A stretch of DNA of 64,000 nt from Minisyncoccota bacterium (GTDB lineage: Bacteria > Patescibacteriota > Minisyncoccia > Phycocordibacterales > UBA9973): the NCBI GenBank assembly GCA_041659785.1, contig JBAZXO010000001.1, positions 241,649 to 305,648 on the forward strand, read 5' to 3'. The position numbers were made by a program, and so were the translations under genes. Below, one piece after another: positions 37,741-46,526 of this stretch. The notes under the pieces are model-generated. The model did no database searches. It was given only the letters and a program-made list of their open reading frames with translations, and was not told where the DNA came from. The first letter of the stretch is position 1. Each line of letters starts with the position of its first letter.

Positions 37741-38490
37741 CTATTTTGACTTTTTTGTCAAATTTTTCCACTCATCAATCTTTGCCCTGTGGCCTGAAAG
37801 CAACACTTTAGGAACTCTATAGCTTTTAGACTTCTTGCCCCGCCCTGGCGGTGGATATTTCAAAATTTCAGGACGAGTGTATACTTCACTTGTTGAGACT
37901 CGTTCTTCTTCAAGTGAATCATACCTTCCTAAAACTCCTGTAACTTGTCTGGCGATAGAATCTATCAATACCATCGCTGGAAGTTCTCCGCCCGTCAAAA
38001 CATAATCCCCTATTGAGATCTCCTCAGCCCCGCCATTAGGACGGGGTAAACCTTTCAAAATTTTAAATACTCGTGCATCAATGCCTTCATAGCGCCCTGA
38101 GATTAAAATAATGTCTGTATATTTTTGCGCAGACTTTTTCGCATAATTTGTATCAAACTTTTTTCCTGATGGAGAAAAAATTATTATTTTAACTTTAGAG
38201 CTTTGGCGCAGTGTTTTTGCGAATGGTTGACGTTGTGAAGCAGGAGATCCCGAGTGAGAACACTGCGCCAAAGCTTTGCTAATTGCTTTCAAAAAAAATT
38301 CTGGGCGTAAAACCATGCCTGGTCCTCCTCCATATGGTCTGCCATCTACCCTTTCCTTAGGCTTACAAAAGCTCATTGGATTATAAAATTTTATTGAAAT
38401 TTTTTTATCTTTTATCGCACGCCCAATTATCGATTCTTTTAAATAAGAATCAAACATATCTGGGAAAATTGTAATTATATGAAAACGCAT
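37741..38490 (-). CDS. trmD: tRNA (guanine37-N1)-methyltransferase with in-frame palindromic insertions
   Basis: PYGGGPGMVL, GRYEGIDAR, SIGDYVLTGGELPA, YTRP, VPKVLLSG. Confidence 0.96.
   Translation of the reverse strand: MRFHIITIFPDMFDSYLKESIIGRAIKDKKISIKFYNPMSFCKPKERVDGRPYGGGPGMVLRPEFFLKAISKALAQCSHSGSPASQRQPFAKTLRQSSKVKIIIFSPSGKKFDTNYAKKSAQKYTDIILISGRYEGIDARVFKILKGLPRPNGGAEEISIGDYVLTGGELPAMVLIDSIARQVTGVLGRYDSLEEERVSTSEVYTRPEILKYPPPGRGKKSKSYRVPKVLLSGHRAKIDEWKNLTKKSK
38199..38275. repeat. In-frame stem-loop element family C in trmD
   Basis: 17-bp perfect IR AGCTTTGGCGCAGTGTT/AACACTGCGCCAAAGCT around the 35-nt core also found in tgt. Confidence 0.88.
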
Positions 38491-38586
38491 TTATTTTGTA
38501 TTTATAGCACAAATATTGGTTATTAAAAAATGAAATGGCCAGAAGACTTAGGGTCGACTGGCCATGGTGAAGAAATTTTGCAGGTT

Positions 38587-38787
38587 CTATTGAAAGAACT
38601 TATATGCGGCGATGAAGGCCACCACCAGCACGAATAGGATTCTCTTTGCTGTGGGAGTGAGGTGGTTTTTGACCTCTGGGCCAGAATTGTGATGTTCATA
38701 GCACCCCTTTTTTTTCCCAGGACACACTTCATTACCAACGCCGATTTCATGACTTTTATGATTCCATAAAATGATTTCTAAGTTCAT
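38587..38787 (-). CDS. Hypothetical small protein with C-terminal TM
   Basis: GAGGAG SD before ATG 38787; hydrophobic C-terminus; TGGCCAG hairpin terminator ~38525-38563. Confidence 0.5.
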   Translation of the reverse strand: MNLEIILWNHKSHEIGVGNEVCPGKKKGCYEHHNSGPEVKNHLTPTAKRILFVLVVAFIAAYKFFQ

Positions 38788-38901
38788 TTTTTCTCCTCGT
38801 ACATGAGAGATATTCCTTCGGCTCGAAGCGAGCAACCACGATTGGCAAGGAACTATCTTCTAGGCTAGTAATATAATAAAATAACCTTTTTGTCAACAAA
38901 T

Positions 38902-38935
38902 AAAAACACCCTAAACTTTCGTTTAAGGTGTTTTT
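38902..38935 (-). terminator. Terminator after khpA
   Basis: AAAAACACC-CTAAAC tttc GTTTAA-GGTGTTTTT. Confidence 0.7.
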
Positions 38936-38950
38936 AAAAGCTAAATTTTA

Positions 38951-39298
38951 TTATATTCCTTTCAATTCATCCATGGCCTCATCAACGGTTTTCATTGTTG
39001 GGGCAGTGCTCATAGCTCCCCGTTCTGCTCTCTCAGGTCTGACACTTCCTTCTGGTTCATTAATTTTTAGATTTACGCGAGCGTTATTCTTCATACCAAT
39101 GATGCGGAGTAACGTACGGATAGCCTTTGCTGTATTACCCATTCTTCCGATAATCTTACCCATGTCGAGAGGATTTACAGTTAGTGTTATGAGAACTCCC
39201 ATTTCATCTAATGTTCGATCAATCTTCACATCGTTTGGATTATCGACTAATGCTTTTACCACATACTCTAGAAATACCTTGTCAGCTTCTTCCATCAT
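38951..39298 (-). CDS. khpA: KH-domain RNA-binding protein KhpA
   Basis: LVDNPNDV..DMGKIIGRMGNTAKAIRTLL; directly after rpsP. Confidence 0.92.
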   Translation of the reverse strand: MMEEADKVFLEYVVKALVDNPNDVKIDRTLDEMGVLITLTVNPLDMGKIIGRMGNTAKAIRTLLRIIGMKNNARVNLKINEPEGSVRPERAERGAMSTAPTMKTVDEAMDELKGI

Positions 39299-39418
39299 AA
39301 TGTTTTCTGAATTTAAATTTTTAATTTTATCTTTCTTTGCAGTATCCGACCGAATGACTGCTCCTATAATTATACTTCACCCTGCCATAGCGGGGCAAGC
39401 TTACACGCCTCTGGTGTG

Positions 39419-39727
39419 TTATTTCTTAGCTTTCAACTCTTTGCGTTTAACTGTTGGCTTTTTCTTGGGTAATACATTTACTTTCTTACCAGCTATAACT
39501 TTATCGTGCACTAAGAAGTTGTGCATAGTATCCGAAGTTTTTGCCCCCTTAGAAATCCAATACTTTATTCTATCAACAAGAAGATTCTTTTCTCCTGCCT
39601 TTGGATTATAAGTACCAAGTATTTCTAAAAACTTTCCACTTTTGGTGCTATTCTTGGAATCAGTTAAAACAGCCCGAAACGATGGATCATTTTTCCTCCC
39701 TATTCTCTGAAGTCTTATTTTTAACAT
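39419..39727 (-). CDS. rpsP: 30S ribosomal protein S16
   Basis: MLKIRLQRIGRKNDPSFR..GKFLEILGTYNP..WISKGA. Confidence 0.97.
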   Translation of the reverse strand: MLKIRLQRIGRKNDPSFRAVLTDSKNSTKSGKFLEILGTYNPKAGEKNLLVDRIKYWISKGAKTSDTMHNFLVHDKVIAGKKVNVLPKKKPTVKRKELKAKK

Positions 39728-39802
39728 AAGAATAGCTTAACATAATTTGCAAAAAAGGCAAATATTGTAAATTTTACATAAAACTTTTATTATTCCAACA
39801 CT

Positions 39803-39833
39803 AAAAAATCCAGAGGTAACCTCTGGATTTTTT
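39803..39833. terminator. Terminator at the end of the surface-protein array
   Basis: AAAAAATCCAGAGGT a ACCTCTGGATTTTTT. Confidence 0.75.
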
Positions 39834-39856
39834 AAATTATCTAACTTATTTAATTA

Positions 39857-40105
39857 TTATTGTGTCGAAATACCACAAACTAAATGCGCAGAACATTTGG
39901 GATACACATTGGGACCTTGCCAAAAACAACCTTCTGGAGGAATAGGATGTTCACAAACTGGAAGAGAATGTTTCTTAACGTCTCCTCCGGGTAGAGTTAA
40001 CATTTGAGAGGAAAAGGCAACTTGCGCAAAAACATAACTTCCACTAAACAAAATAACTAATAATAAAAAAGAAATTTTTACACCATTTAATACTTTTGTG
40101 GACAT
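39857..40105 (-). CDS. Small secreted Cys-rich protein related to the array
   Basis: Signal peptide like array members; VCEHPIPPEGCFWQGPN..C..C resembles VCDYARPPEGCNYVQGPN..C..C of 45295-46458. Confidence 0.75.
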   Translation of the reverse strand: MSTKVLNGVKISFLLLVILFSGSYVFAQVAFSSQMLTLPGGDVKKHSLPVCEHPIPPEGCFWQGPNVYPKCSAHLVCGISTQ

Positions 40106-40210
40106 ATTTTTAACTAATACTAATTTACTAATAATAATATCTATTATACTGCTATTTACAAAAAACCACTAATTTAAGGTGGTTTTTTGTAAATGTATAA
40201 ATTTTAAAAT

Positions 40211-41377
40211 TTATTCAATTGCTTTCTTTGGGATTCTCTTCATCATCTCTATTTTAGTCTGAGGACCAACTTTACCGTCAGCAGTTAATCCATTGTCACT
40301 TTGCCATTTCACAATTACTGCAATTGTCTTAGGTCCTAACTTACCGTCTAATACTAAACCAAGACCTAGATCATCATTAAGGAATCTCTGTAGTTCTTTA
40401 ACTGCATCTCCTTTACTTCCAACCTTAAGAGTAGAGGTACCGAAGTCGTAAGTTAAGGCTCCTGAACCTTGTGAAGGAGTTTGATTTGAGTTGTTTACAC
40501 AGAGTTGACCTGTTTGAGTGTTGTAGATGTTTCCTCCAGAGCAACCGAGTGCTGGTGGTGTTGGAAACTTTGTACAAGATTCTCCTGTTTGGGTATTGAA
40601 GAGGTTACCATCAGAGCAGCCTTGTGGTGATGGAGGTGGATTTTGAGATTGAGTTTGATTTGGAGTTGTGCAAACATTATTAATTAACACTTGTGGTGGT
40701 GTACAGGTAGGTGGTGGGGTGCTGACAGTTCCAGAAGCTCCAATGTTTAAAACTACACTGCCTGTTTCACCTACTGTTTCACCTAAGGTATTTAATACAC
40801 CAGATGCGCTAGAATCTATAATGTTTCCAGTCCAATATGGCTGATAACTGCCAGTTACGGTGGGTAAAAGATCAGAACGAATAGCATGGAAATAGAGATT
40901 TATCATATATGATCCTGTAGGTATCGTTGTTGCTTTAGTGTAACAATTCCATCCTGTATCCAAGGAAGGAATACGGCATGGACTTGAAAAAGATTGATCA
41001 CGGTTTGGATCAAGAATGTATGCAGTACCTACATTCCATAAATAACTTCCAGTGTTAGGTACATTGTCTGCCACAAGGTAATAAGTTGTAGGTATTTGTG
41101 ATATTTGTTGACTGCTAGGACTAGATGTAGTACTAGGTTTTGTCAGAATTATTTGACCTTTTACGCTATCTTTAAGACCAGTTGTTCTCCAGTTAATTGT
41201 TTGACTACTTCCAGATGCCCATGTGCTATTGGTCGTTGGTGAAGTAATAGTTGCAGTTAATTCTGACGCAGTTGGATTAGGAACAGTCTGTGCTTTTATA
41301 ACAGATGTAGAATATCCTACCCCAAACAAAACAACTAAAACGAGAAGCGATATTTTTATATTTTTAAATATTTTCAT
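40211..41377 (-). CDS. Secreted protein with Ser/Thr-rich Ig-like domain and C-terminal peptidoglycan-binding domain (array A1)
   Basis: Signal peptide; ITSP..W..GSSQTINW; TLKVGSKGDAVKELQRFLN..DGKLGPKT..WQSDNGLTADGKVGPQT. Confidence 0.9.
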   Translation of the reverse strand: MKIFKNIKISLLVLVVLFGVGYSTSVIKAQTVPNPTASELTATITSPTTNSTWASGSSQTINWRTTGLKDSVKGQIILTKPSTTSSPSSQQISQIPTTYYLVADNVPNTGSYLWNVGTAYILDPNRDQSFSSPCRIPSLDTGWNCYTKATTIPTGSYMINLYFHAIRSDLLPTVTGSYQPYWTGNIIDSSASGVLNTLGETVGETGSVVLNIGASGTVSTPPPTCTPPQVLINNVCTTPNQTQSQNPPPSPQGCSDGNLFNTQTGESCTKFPTPPALGCSGGNIYNTQTGQLCVNNSNQTPSQGSGALTYDFGTSTLKVGSKGDAVKELQRFLNDDLGLGLVLDGKLGPKTIAVIVKWQSDNGLTADGKVGPQTKIEMMKRIPKKAIE

Positions 41378-41455
41378 AATCTTGTCCGCCTCTGGCGGAT
41401 TTATTAACTTACTAATAATTTATTAACTAATAATAATATTGACCTTTTATAAAAT

Positions 41456-43249
41456 TTAATTCTCATTTGCTTTCTTTCTACTTTTAACACCAAACAATCC
41501 GTCAGCAGTTAATCCATTATCATTTTGCCATTGCATGACTACTTTAATTGTCTTTTTTCCTAATTTACCATCTACTACTAAATCAATGTTTAATTTATCA
41601 TTTAGAAATCTTTGCAATTCCTTTACTGCATCCCCTGTACTTCCAATTTTTAATGTTTTATCACCGAAGTTATAAAAGGAAGATACTTCTGATGTTTGAT
41701 TGTTGTTTGTGTTATCTGTTGTGTTGTTATTACACAATTGACCCGTTTGAGTGTTGTAGATGTTTCCTTCGGAACAACCTTCATGAGTGATAACTGGAGG
41801 GCAATTATTGGTAGCTCCAGGCCCACCCAAGCATTCTACAGGTAAGGGTGTAGGAAGAGGAACACACCCAAGTTGTTTTTCAGAGGTCATACCATTCGTA
41901 TTGGGTACACAATAAGCTATCGGAATGGTATTTGGAATCGTACCATCACTATTCGCTAATGTTATTAAGCGAAACCCAAGCGGAAAATTTGTTACTATTC
42001 CAGAAGGTCCATTCATAAATACATTAATACTGTACGCTGAACTACTTGCGGGTATAATTGAACCATCTGCGACAGTACCGACAGACTTCCATAAATAATT
42101 TCCCGTGTTTAGAATATTATCTACAACCGTCCAATTTTTTCCACCAATATTTGTTCCACTTAAAACAATTTTACCTTTTGCAGTACTTGGGATTCTCTCT
42201 GTTTCCCATTTAATTGTCTGTGTGCTTCCGATCTTCCAAGTGACATAACCTTGAGGATAAAGAAGGTTGAGTTTTGTATTATCAAACAATGAAACGATAT
42301 TAAAAGATATTGAATTACTCAAAAGAGTACCATTCTGAACTTGAAGTGAGTAAGGACCTGGAATAAATTCATAACCATTTACATCTTTTAATGGAACAAA
42401 ACTAAGAGACGTTGATGAAATAATAATTGGCTTAATTGTTGTTTTAGTAGGAACCAGCGCCTTTCCACTATTATCAGTCAGCACAACAGTTGTATTTGTA
42501 TTAAAATTTGTACCAGAAATAGTAACTGTATCCCCTGGGGATGGTGTCGTGTCAGAAGTGATACGAGATATTGTTGGAGTTGAAGATGTAGGAGTTATTA
42601 CTAAGGCTGAAATTATAGTTTCTATTCTCCCTTTTGTATTCTCACATCGTAATCCTACGGTAACAGGAGAGGAAGAAATATCGAGTGGACCAATTGTTTG
42701 TGTTCCTGAATTTGGAATCTGGCCATTATATTGCCATCTTCCTACAGTAGAACAGGAACTAGAACTTGTGCTTGTTACATTCCATCTAAGAACAGTCGAA
42801 GCACCATCAGAAACAACAGGTGGGGTAAGCGACATTGTGACAACGGGAAAAGTACCTTCCGAGGTTGAAGTAACTCCATACGGAAACCCTACACCCACAA
42901 CTGCTGTAGCTTCCACTACTCCTTCATTCCAACCAGAAGCGGAACACCTAAGGTTGTAAGATCTATATTCATAAGCTTCAGTTCCACGTTTAGCAAGGGA
43001 GCCAGTTGAAAATGAACCGGACTTTTGTTGTTCTCCTGTCCATGTACCACTATCATTATCTCCACTGGCAAAACAACTTCCTGTAACGTTTTTTGCTAAC
43101 CATGTAATTGTCGCTGAACCTCCTGGTGCAACATACGCTGGAGTTGCTGTCATTGTAATTTCTATTGGTGCGACTGTTTGCGCGTGAGTAAAATTAAAAC
43201 CCCCAAACAAAACAACTAATATAAGAATAAATATTTTGAATTTTTTCAT
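41456..43249 (-). CDS. Secreted protein with Ig/IPT-like domains and C-terminal peptidoglycan-binding domain (array B1)
   Basis: Signal peptide; PGDTVTISGTNF; TLKIGSTGDAVKELQRFLN..GLTADG. Confidence 0.9.
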   Translation of the reverse strand: MKKFKIFILILVVLFGGFNFTHAQTVAPIEITMTATPAYVAPGGSATITWLAKNVTGSCFASGDNDSGTWTGEQQKSGSFSTGSLAKRGTEAYEYRSYNLRCSASGWNEGVVEATAVVGVGFPYGVTSTSEGTFPVVTMSLTPPVVSDGASTVLRWNVTSTSSSSCSTVGRWQYNGQIPNSGTQTIGPLDISSSPVTVGLRCENTKGRIETIISALVITPTSSTPTISRITSDTTPSPGDTVTISGTNFNTNTTVVLTDNSGKALVPTKTTIKPIIISSTSLSFVPLKDVNGYEFIPGPYSLQVQNGTLLSNSISFNIVSLFDNTKLNLLYPQGYVTWKIGSTQTIKWETERIPSTAKGKIVLSGTNIGGKNWTVVDNILNTGNYLWKSVGTVADGSIIPASSSAYSINVFMNGPSGIVTNFPLGFRLITLANSDGTIPNTIPIAYCVPNTNGMTSEKQLGCVPLPTPLPVECLGGPGATNNCPPVITHEGCSEGNIYNTQTGQLCNNNTTDNTNNNQTSEVSSFYNFGDKTLKIGSTGDAVKELQRFLNDKLNIDLVVDGKLGKKTIKVVMQWQNDNGLTADGLFGVKSRKKANEN

Positions 43250-43336
43250 AAGATCTAATATTAACTACTAATACAAATATTATATCACACATAGAAAAAA
43301 CCACTCTTAAAAGTGGTTTTTTCTAAATTTTAAAAT

Positions 43337-45220
43337 TTATTCAATTGCTTTCTTTGGGATTCTCTTCATCATCTCTATTTTAGTCTGAGGACCAACTTTA
43401 CCGTCAGCAGTTAATCCATTGTCACTTTGCCATTTCACAATTACTGCAATTGTCTTAGGTCCTAACTTACCGTCTAATACTAAACCAAGACCTAGATCAT
43501 CATTAAGGAATCTCTGTAGTTCTTTAACTGCATCTCCTTTACTTCCAACCTTAAGAGTAGAGGTACCGAAGTCGTAAGTTAAGGCTCCTGAACCTTGTGA
43601 AGGAGTTTGATTTGAGTTGTTTACACAGAGTTGACCTGTTTGAGTGTTGTAGATGTTTCCTCCAGAGCAACCGAGTGCTGGTGGTGTTGGAAACTTTGTA
43701 CAAGATTCTCCTGTTTGGGTATTGAAGAGGTTACCTCCGGAACAACCTAGAGCTGGTGGTGGAGTGGTAGTAGAAGGACAGTTGTTTGTAGCGCTAGGTC
43801 CACCGAGACATTCAGCTGATGGAAGTGTGGAAGATGGAATTACGGGTGGAGTACTGATACTTCCAACAGCTCCGATGTTAAATGCTACTCCAGGACTAAT
43901 AATACCCATCATTCCAACGATATTAGATGGCTCACCATTTACAATAAATTGACCAAGGGAATTAGTCTGGAAAACATCTTTTGGATCAACAGAAAATTCA
44001 ACACCCATACTATATGGACCTGCTGGTACTGATGTTGATATAGTGTAACAACTCCAAGGAGGATTTGTAGAATTACATGGATTTGCAACCTCTCCAACAC
44101 CATTCAAATCTAGACCGTATGCGGTGCCGACTGAACTCCAAGAATATGTTCCTGTATTAGAAACATTGTTTGCAATAAGATATCTAGTGGGAATACGAGT
44201 TCGCACATATTGAGGATCACTAATCCTAAGGACTGCATCAGAATCATTTCTCGTAACAAATACTTGACCTTTCACACTAGCTGGAAGTCTTGTATTTGAC
44301 CAACGAATTGTTTGTGAACTTCCTATTGCCCATGTGCTATTTACTACCGGTGAAGTTATGGTAATTGTTGGCATTGCACTTGATCCGCCACTAGTGCTAG
44401 AACTAGAATCAGAAAGATTGAAAGAAACATAACCTGGCCAAACCGTACCTGTATGTGTTCCACTTACTCCAATAGACATTTTATATGGTGAACCATTTGC
44501 TGGTAAGGTTGTAGGTACCCAACTCATTGATGTTGTTGCCGATCCAGAAGATACTAACACATCACCTACTTTCCAAGAAAAACTCCCTGTATTAGAAACA
44601 CCATTTATTGGAACAATCAAATATGTTTTTCCATTTTTATCTACAACACTGATTTTAGCTACACTTGTAGCGTCGGTAGAAAAAGCATCTGGAAATGTCC
44701 AGCTGATTGTTTGTGTACTACCAATTTGCCATGAATCTCCGGCATTTGGTGAAGTTATAACAATTGGATTTGAAAGAGGGGTATATCTCACTATTACGCT
44801 CGGATGAGCACTTGCACCAGTAGAATACGAATAACAATTCATATTAAATGGCATCTCAGCTGGTGCTGTTGAATTTGCAAATAAAAATAATGATGAGCCA
44901 GAATTAGGACCGGCCGATTCAGACCAATTAGTACCACTATGATCTCCTAGTGTTTGATCTCCTAAAGGGAAAAGATGAATAGTTCCAGCACCGTTTGGAA
45001 CTGTTCCCCCGGTACAATACCAATCATTCGCACCTGTAGATGTCCACGAGAGGGTAATATTTGTTGACAAACCTTGATAACCAGAGAAATTCTGAGGAGT
45101 CGCTGTAAGAGTTACCGTTGGGGCAACTTGTGCATTCGCAATTGTTTTAAACATTAAACCTGCACCAAATAAAACAACTAAAACGAGAAGCGATATTTTT
45201 ATATTTTTAAATATTTTCAT
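43337..45220 (-). CDS. Secreted protein with Ig-like domains and C-terminal peptidoglycan-binding domain (array A2)
   Basis: First 18 aa and last ~132 aa identical to A1; middle divergent. Confidence 0.9.
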   Translation of the reverse strand: MKIFKNIKISLLVLVVLFGAGLMFKTIANAQVAPTVTLTATPQNFSGYQGLSTNITLSWTSTGANDWYCTGGTVPNGAGTIHLFPLGDQTLGDHSGTNWSESAGPNSGSSLFLFANSTAPAEMPFNMNCYSYSTGASAHPSVIVRYTPLSNPIVITSPNAGDSWQIGSTQTISWTFPDAFSTDATSVAKISVVDKNGKTYLIVPINGVSNTGSFSWKVGDVLVSSGSATTSMSWVPTTLPANGSPYKMSIGVSGTHTGTVWPGYVSFNLSDSSSSTSGGSSAMPTITITSPVVNSTWAIGSSQTIRWSNTRLPASVKGQVFVTRNDSDAVLRISDPQYVRTRIPTRYLIANNVSNTGTYSWSSVGTAYGLDLNGVGEVANPCNSTNPPWSCYTISTSVPAGPYSMGVEFSVDPKDVFQTNSLGQFIVNGEPSNIVGMMGIISPGVAFNIGAVGSISTPPVIPSSTLPSAECLGGPSATNNCPSTTTPPPALGCSGGNLFNTQTGESCTKFPTPPALGCSGGNIYNTQTGQLCVNNSNQTPSQGSGALTYDFGTSTLKVGSKGDAVKELQRFLNDDLGLGLVLDGKLGPKTIAVIVKWQSDNGLTADGKVGPQTKIEMMKRIPKKAIE

Positions 45221-45294
45221 AATCTTGTCCGCCTCTGGCGGATTTATTAACTTACTAATAATTTATTAACTAATAATATTGACCTTTTATAATT

Positions 45295-46458
45295 TTAATT
45301 AACTTCTAAATTCATTTGTGCTTTAGTCTTTGCACCAACTAATCCATCAGCGACAAGACCATGGTCAGCTTGCCACTTCTTAATTACGGCAATTGTTTTG
45401 GGACCGAGTTTACCGTCTAAAACTAGACCAAGACTTAATTTATCATTTAGAAATCTTTGCAATTCCTTGACTGCATCTCCTTTACTACCCTTTTTTAGTG
45501 TTGCAGTACCGAAGTCATATGATCCTACTGAGGGGTTTTGGTTTGTATTTCCTACATTGTTTACGCAAAGTAAACCCGTTTGAGTATTGTAGATGTTACC
45601 ACCTGAACAACCTTGAACTTCTGAATTAGCGGAACATTTCAAAACCATTCCACAGCTTGTAGTAGAGTTATAGTTCGGACCTTGAACATAATTACAGCCC
45701 TCAGGTGGACGAGCATAATCGCAAACAGGCGAAGCCGTAGAAGATGTTCCTGTTGATGTACTAATACATGAACCACCAGTTACATAAGTGTATCCAGAAG
45801 AACAAAAAGATGCTGGTGGTGTTGATGAAACAATAACACATTTACCATCCACCATGTGATATTTAGAACCACCATTCTGACAAAAACTTTGCTGTTCCAA
45901 AAGAGATTTTTCTGACGCTGACAAAAGTGGATATGTTGGAATTGATGCTCCAGCAGAAGAAACAATATTTAATGGATATACAGAATATATATTCTGATTT
46001 ACATAAATTTTCAATGCATAAACACCCGGAATGACTACAGAACCATCAACTGCTGGACTCGCTGCTCCTACATTCCATGTATAACTTCCTGTATTCGATG
46101 TTATGGTTCCTTTATCGTCAGCACCTAATGCAATGATGTGCTTTATAATACCTCGACTGTTCCAACCACTGTAATCTTGAATAATACAATCACTGCTACC
46201 TGAAATAGCAGCAATATCTGATGGATTTGTTAACTCTGGACCACGCACTGGCCCACAAAGCCATAAGGTTGCACTTGCAGTTGTTATTCCACCTGCTTCT
46301 GCTGACTGCTTCCAATTTATGGTTTGGCTACTTCCCATCACCCAAGTAGTCCCGTTTGTTGGTAAAGAAAAACCAGGGAGAACAGTCTGCGCATTCGCAA
46401 AACTAAAACCTCCAAACAAAACAATTAATATAAGAATAAATATTTTGAATTTTTTCAT
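45295..46458 (-). CDS. Secreted protein with C-terminal peptidoglycan-binding domain (array B2)
   Basis: Signal peptide nearly identical to B1; TLKKGSKGDAVKELQRFLN..GLVADGLVG. Confidence 0.9.
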   Translation of the reverse strand: MKKFKIFILILIVLFGGFSFANAQTVLPGFSLPTNGTTWVMGSSQTINWKQSAEAGGITTASATLWLCGPVRGPELTNPSDIAAISGSSDCIIQDYSGWNSRGIIKHIIALGADDKGTITSNTGSYTWNVGAASPAVDGSVVIPGVYALKIYVNQNIYSVYPLNIVSSAGASIPTYPLLSASEKSLLEQQSFCQNGGSKYHMVDGKCVIVSSTPPASFCSSGYTYVTGGSCISTSTGTSSTASPVCDYARPPEGCNYVQGPNYNSTTSCGMVLKCSANSEVQGCSGGNIYNTQTGLLCVNNVGNTNQNPSVGSYDFGTATLKKGSKGDAVKELQRFLNDKLSLGLVLDGKLGPKTIAVIKKWQADHGLVADGLVGAKTKAQMNLEVN

Positions 46459-46526
46459 AATATATATTATACCTCAATTATTTTTAAATACCTATATCTC
46501 ATTTATATGCTATATTATATAGAATA

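Larger units (their letters stand above)
40198..43735. repeat. 412-bp identical direct repeat (40198-40609 and 43324-43735)
   Basis: Compared by eye, offset 3126 bp, no differences seen. Confidence 0.9.
41328..45292. repeat. ~125-bp near-identical direct repeat (41328-41452 and 45171-45292): leader plus signal peptide
   Basis: Identical apart from one AAT indel. Confidence 0.9.

Noticed and set aside
39300-39418. Riboswitch upstream of khpA
   Set aside because: No recognisable aptamer; better explained by an internal promoter (TTGCCC-18-TATAAT) and small hairpins
38928-39611. 227-aa plus-strand ORF
   Set aside because: Antisense to rpsP and khpA
40198-46458. Diversity-generating retroelement explanation for the array repeats
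   Set aside because: Repeats are identical rather than adenine-mutated, and no reverse transcriptase is in the window
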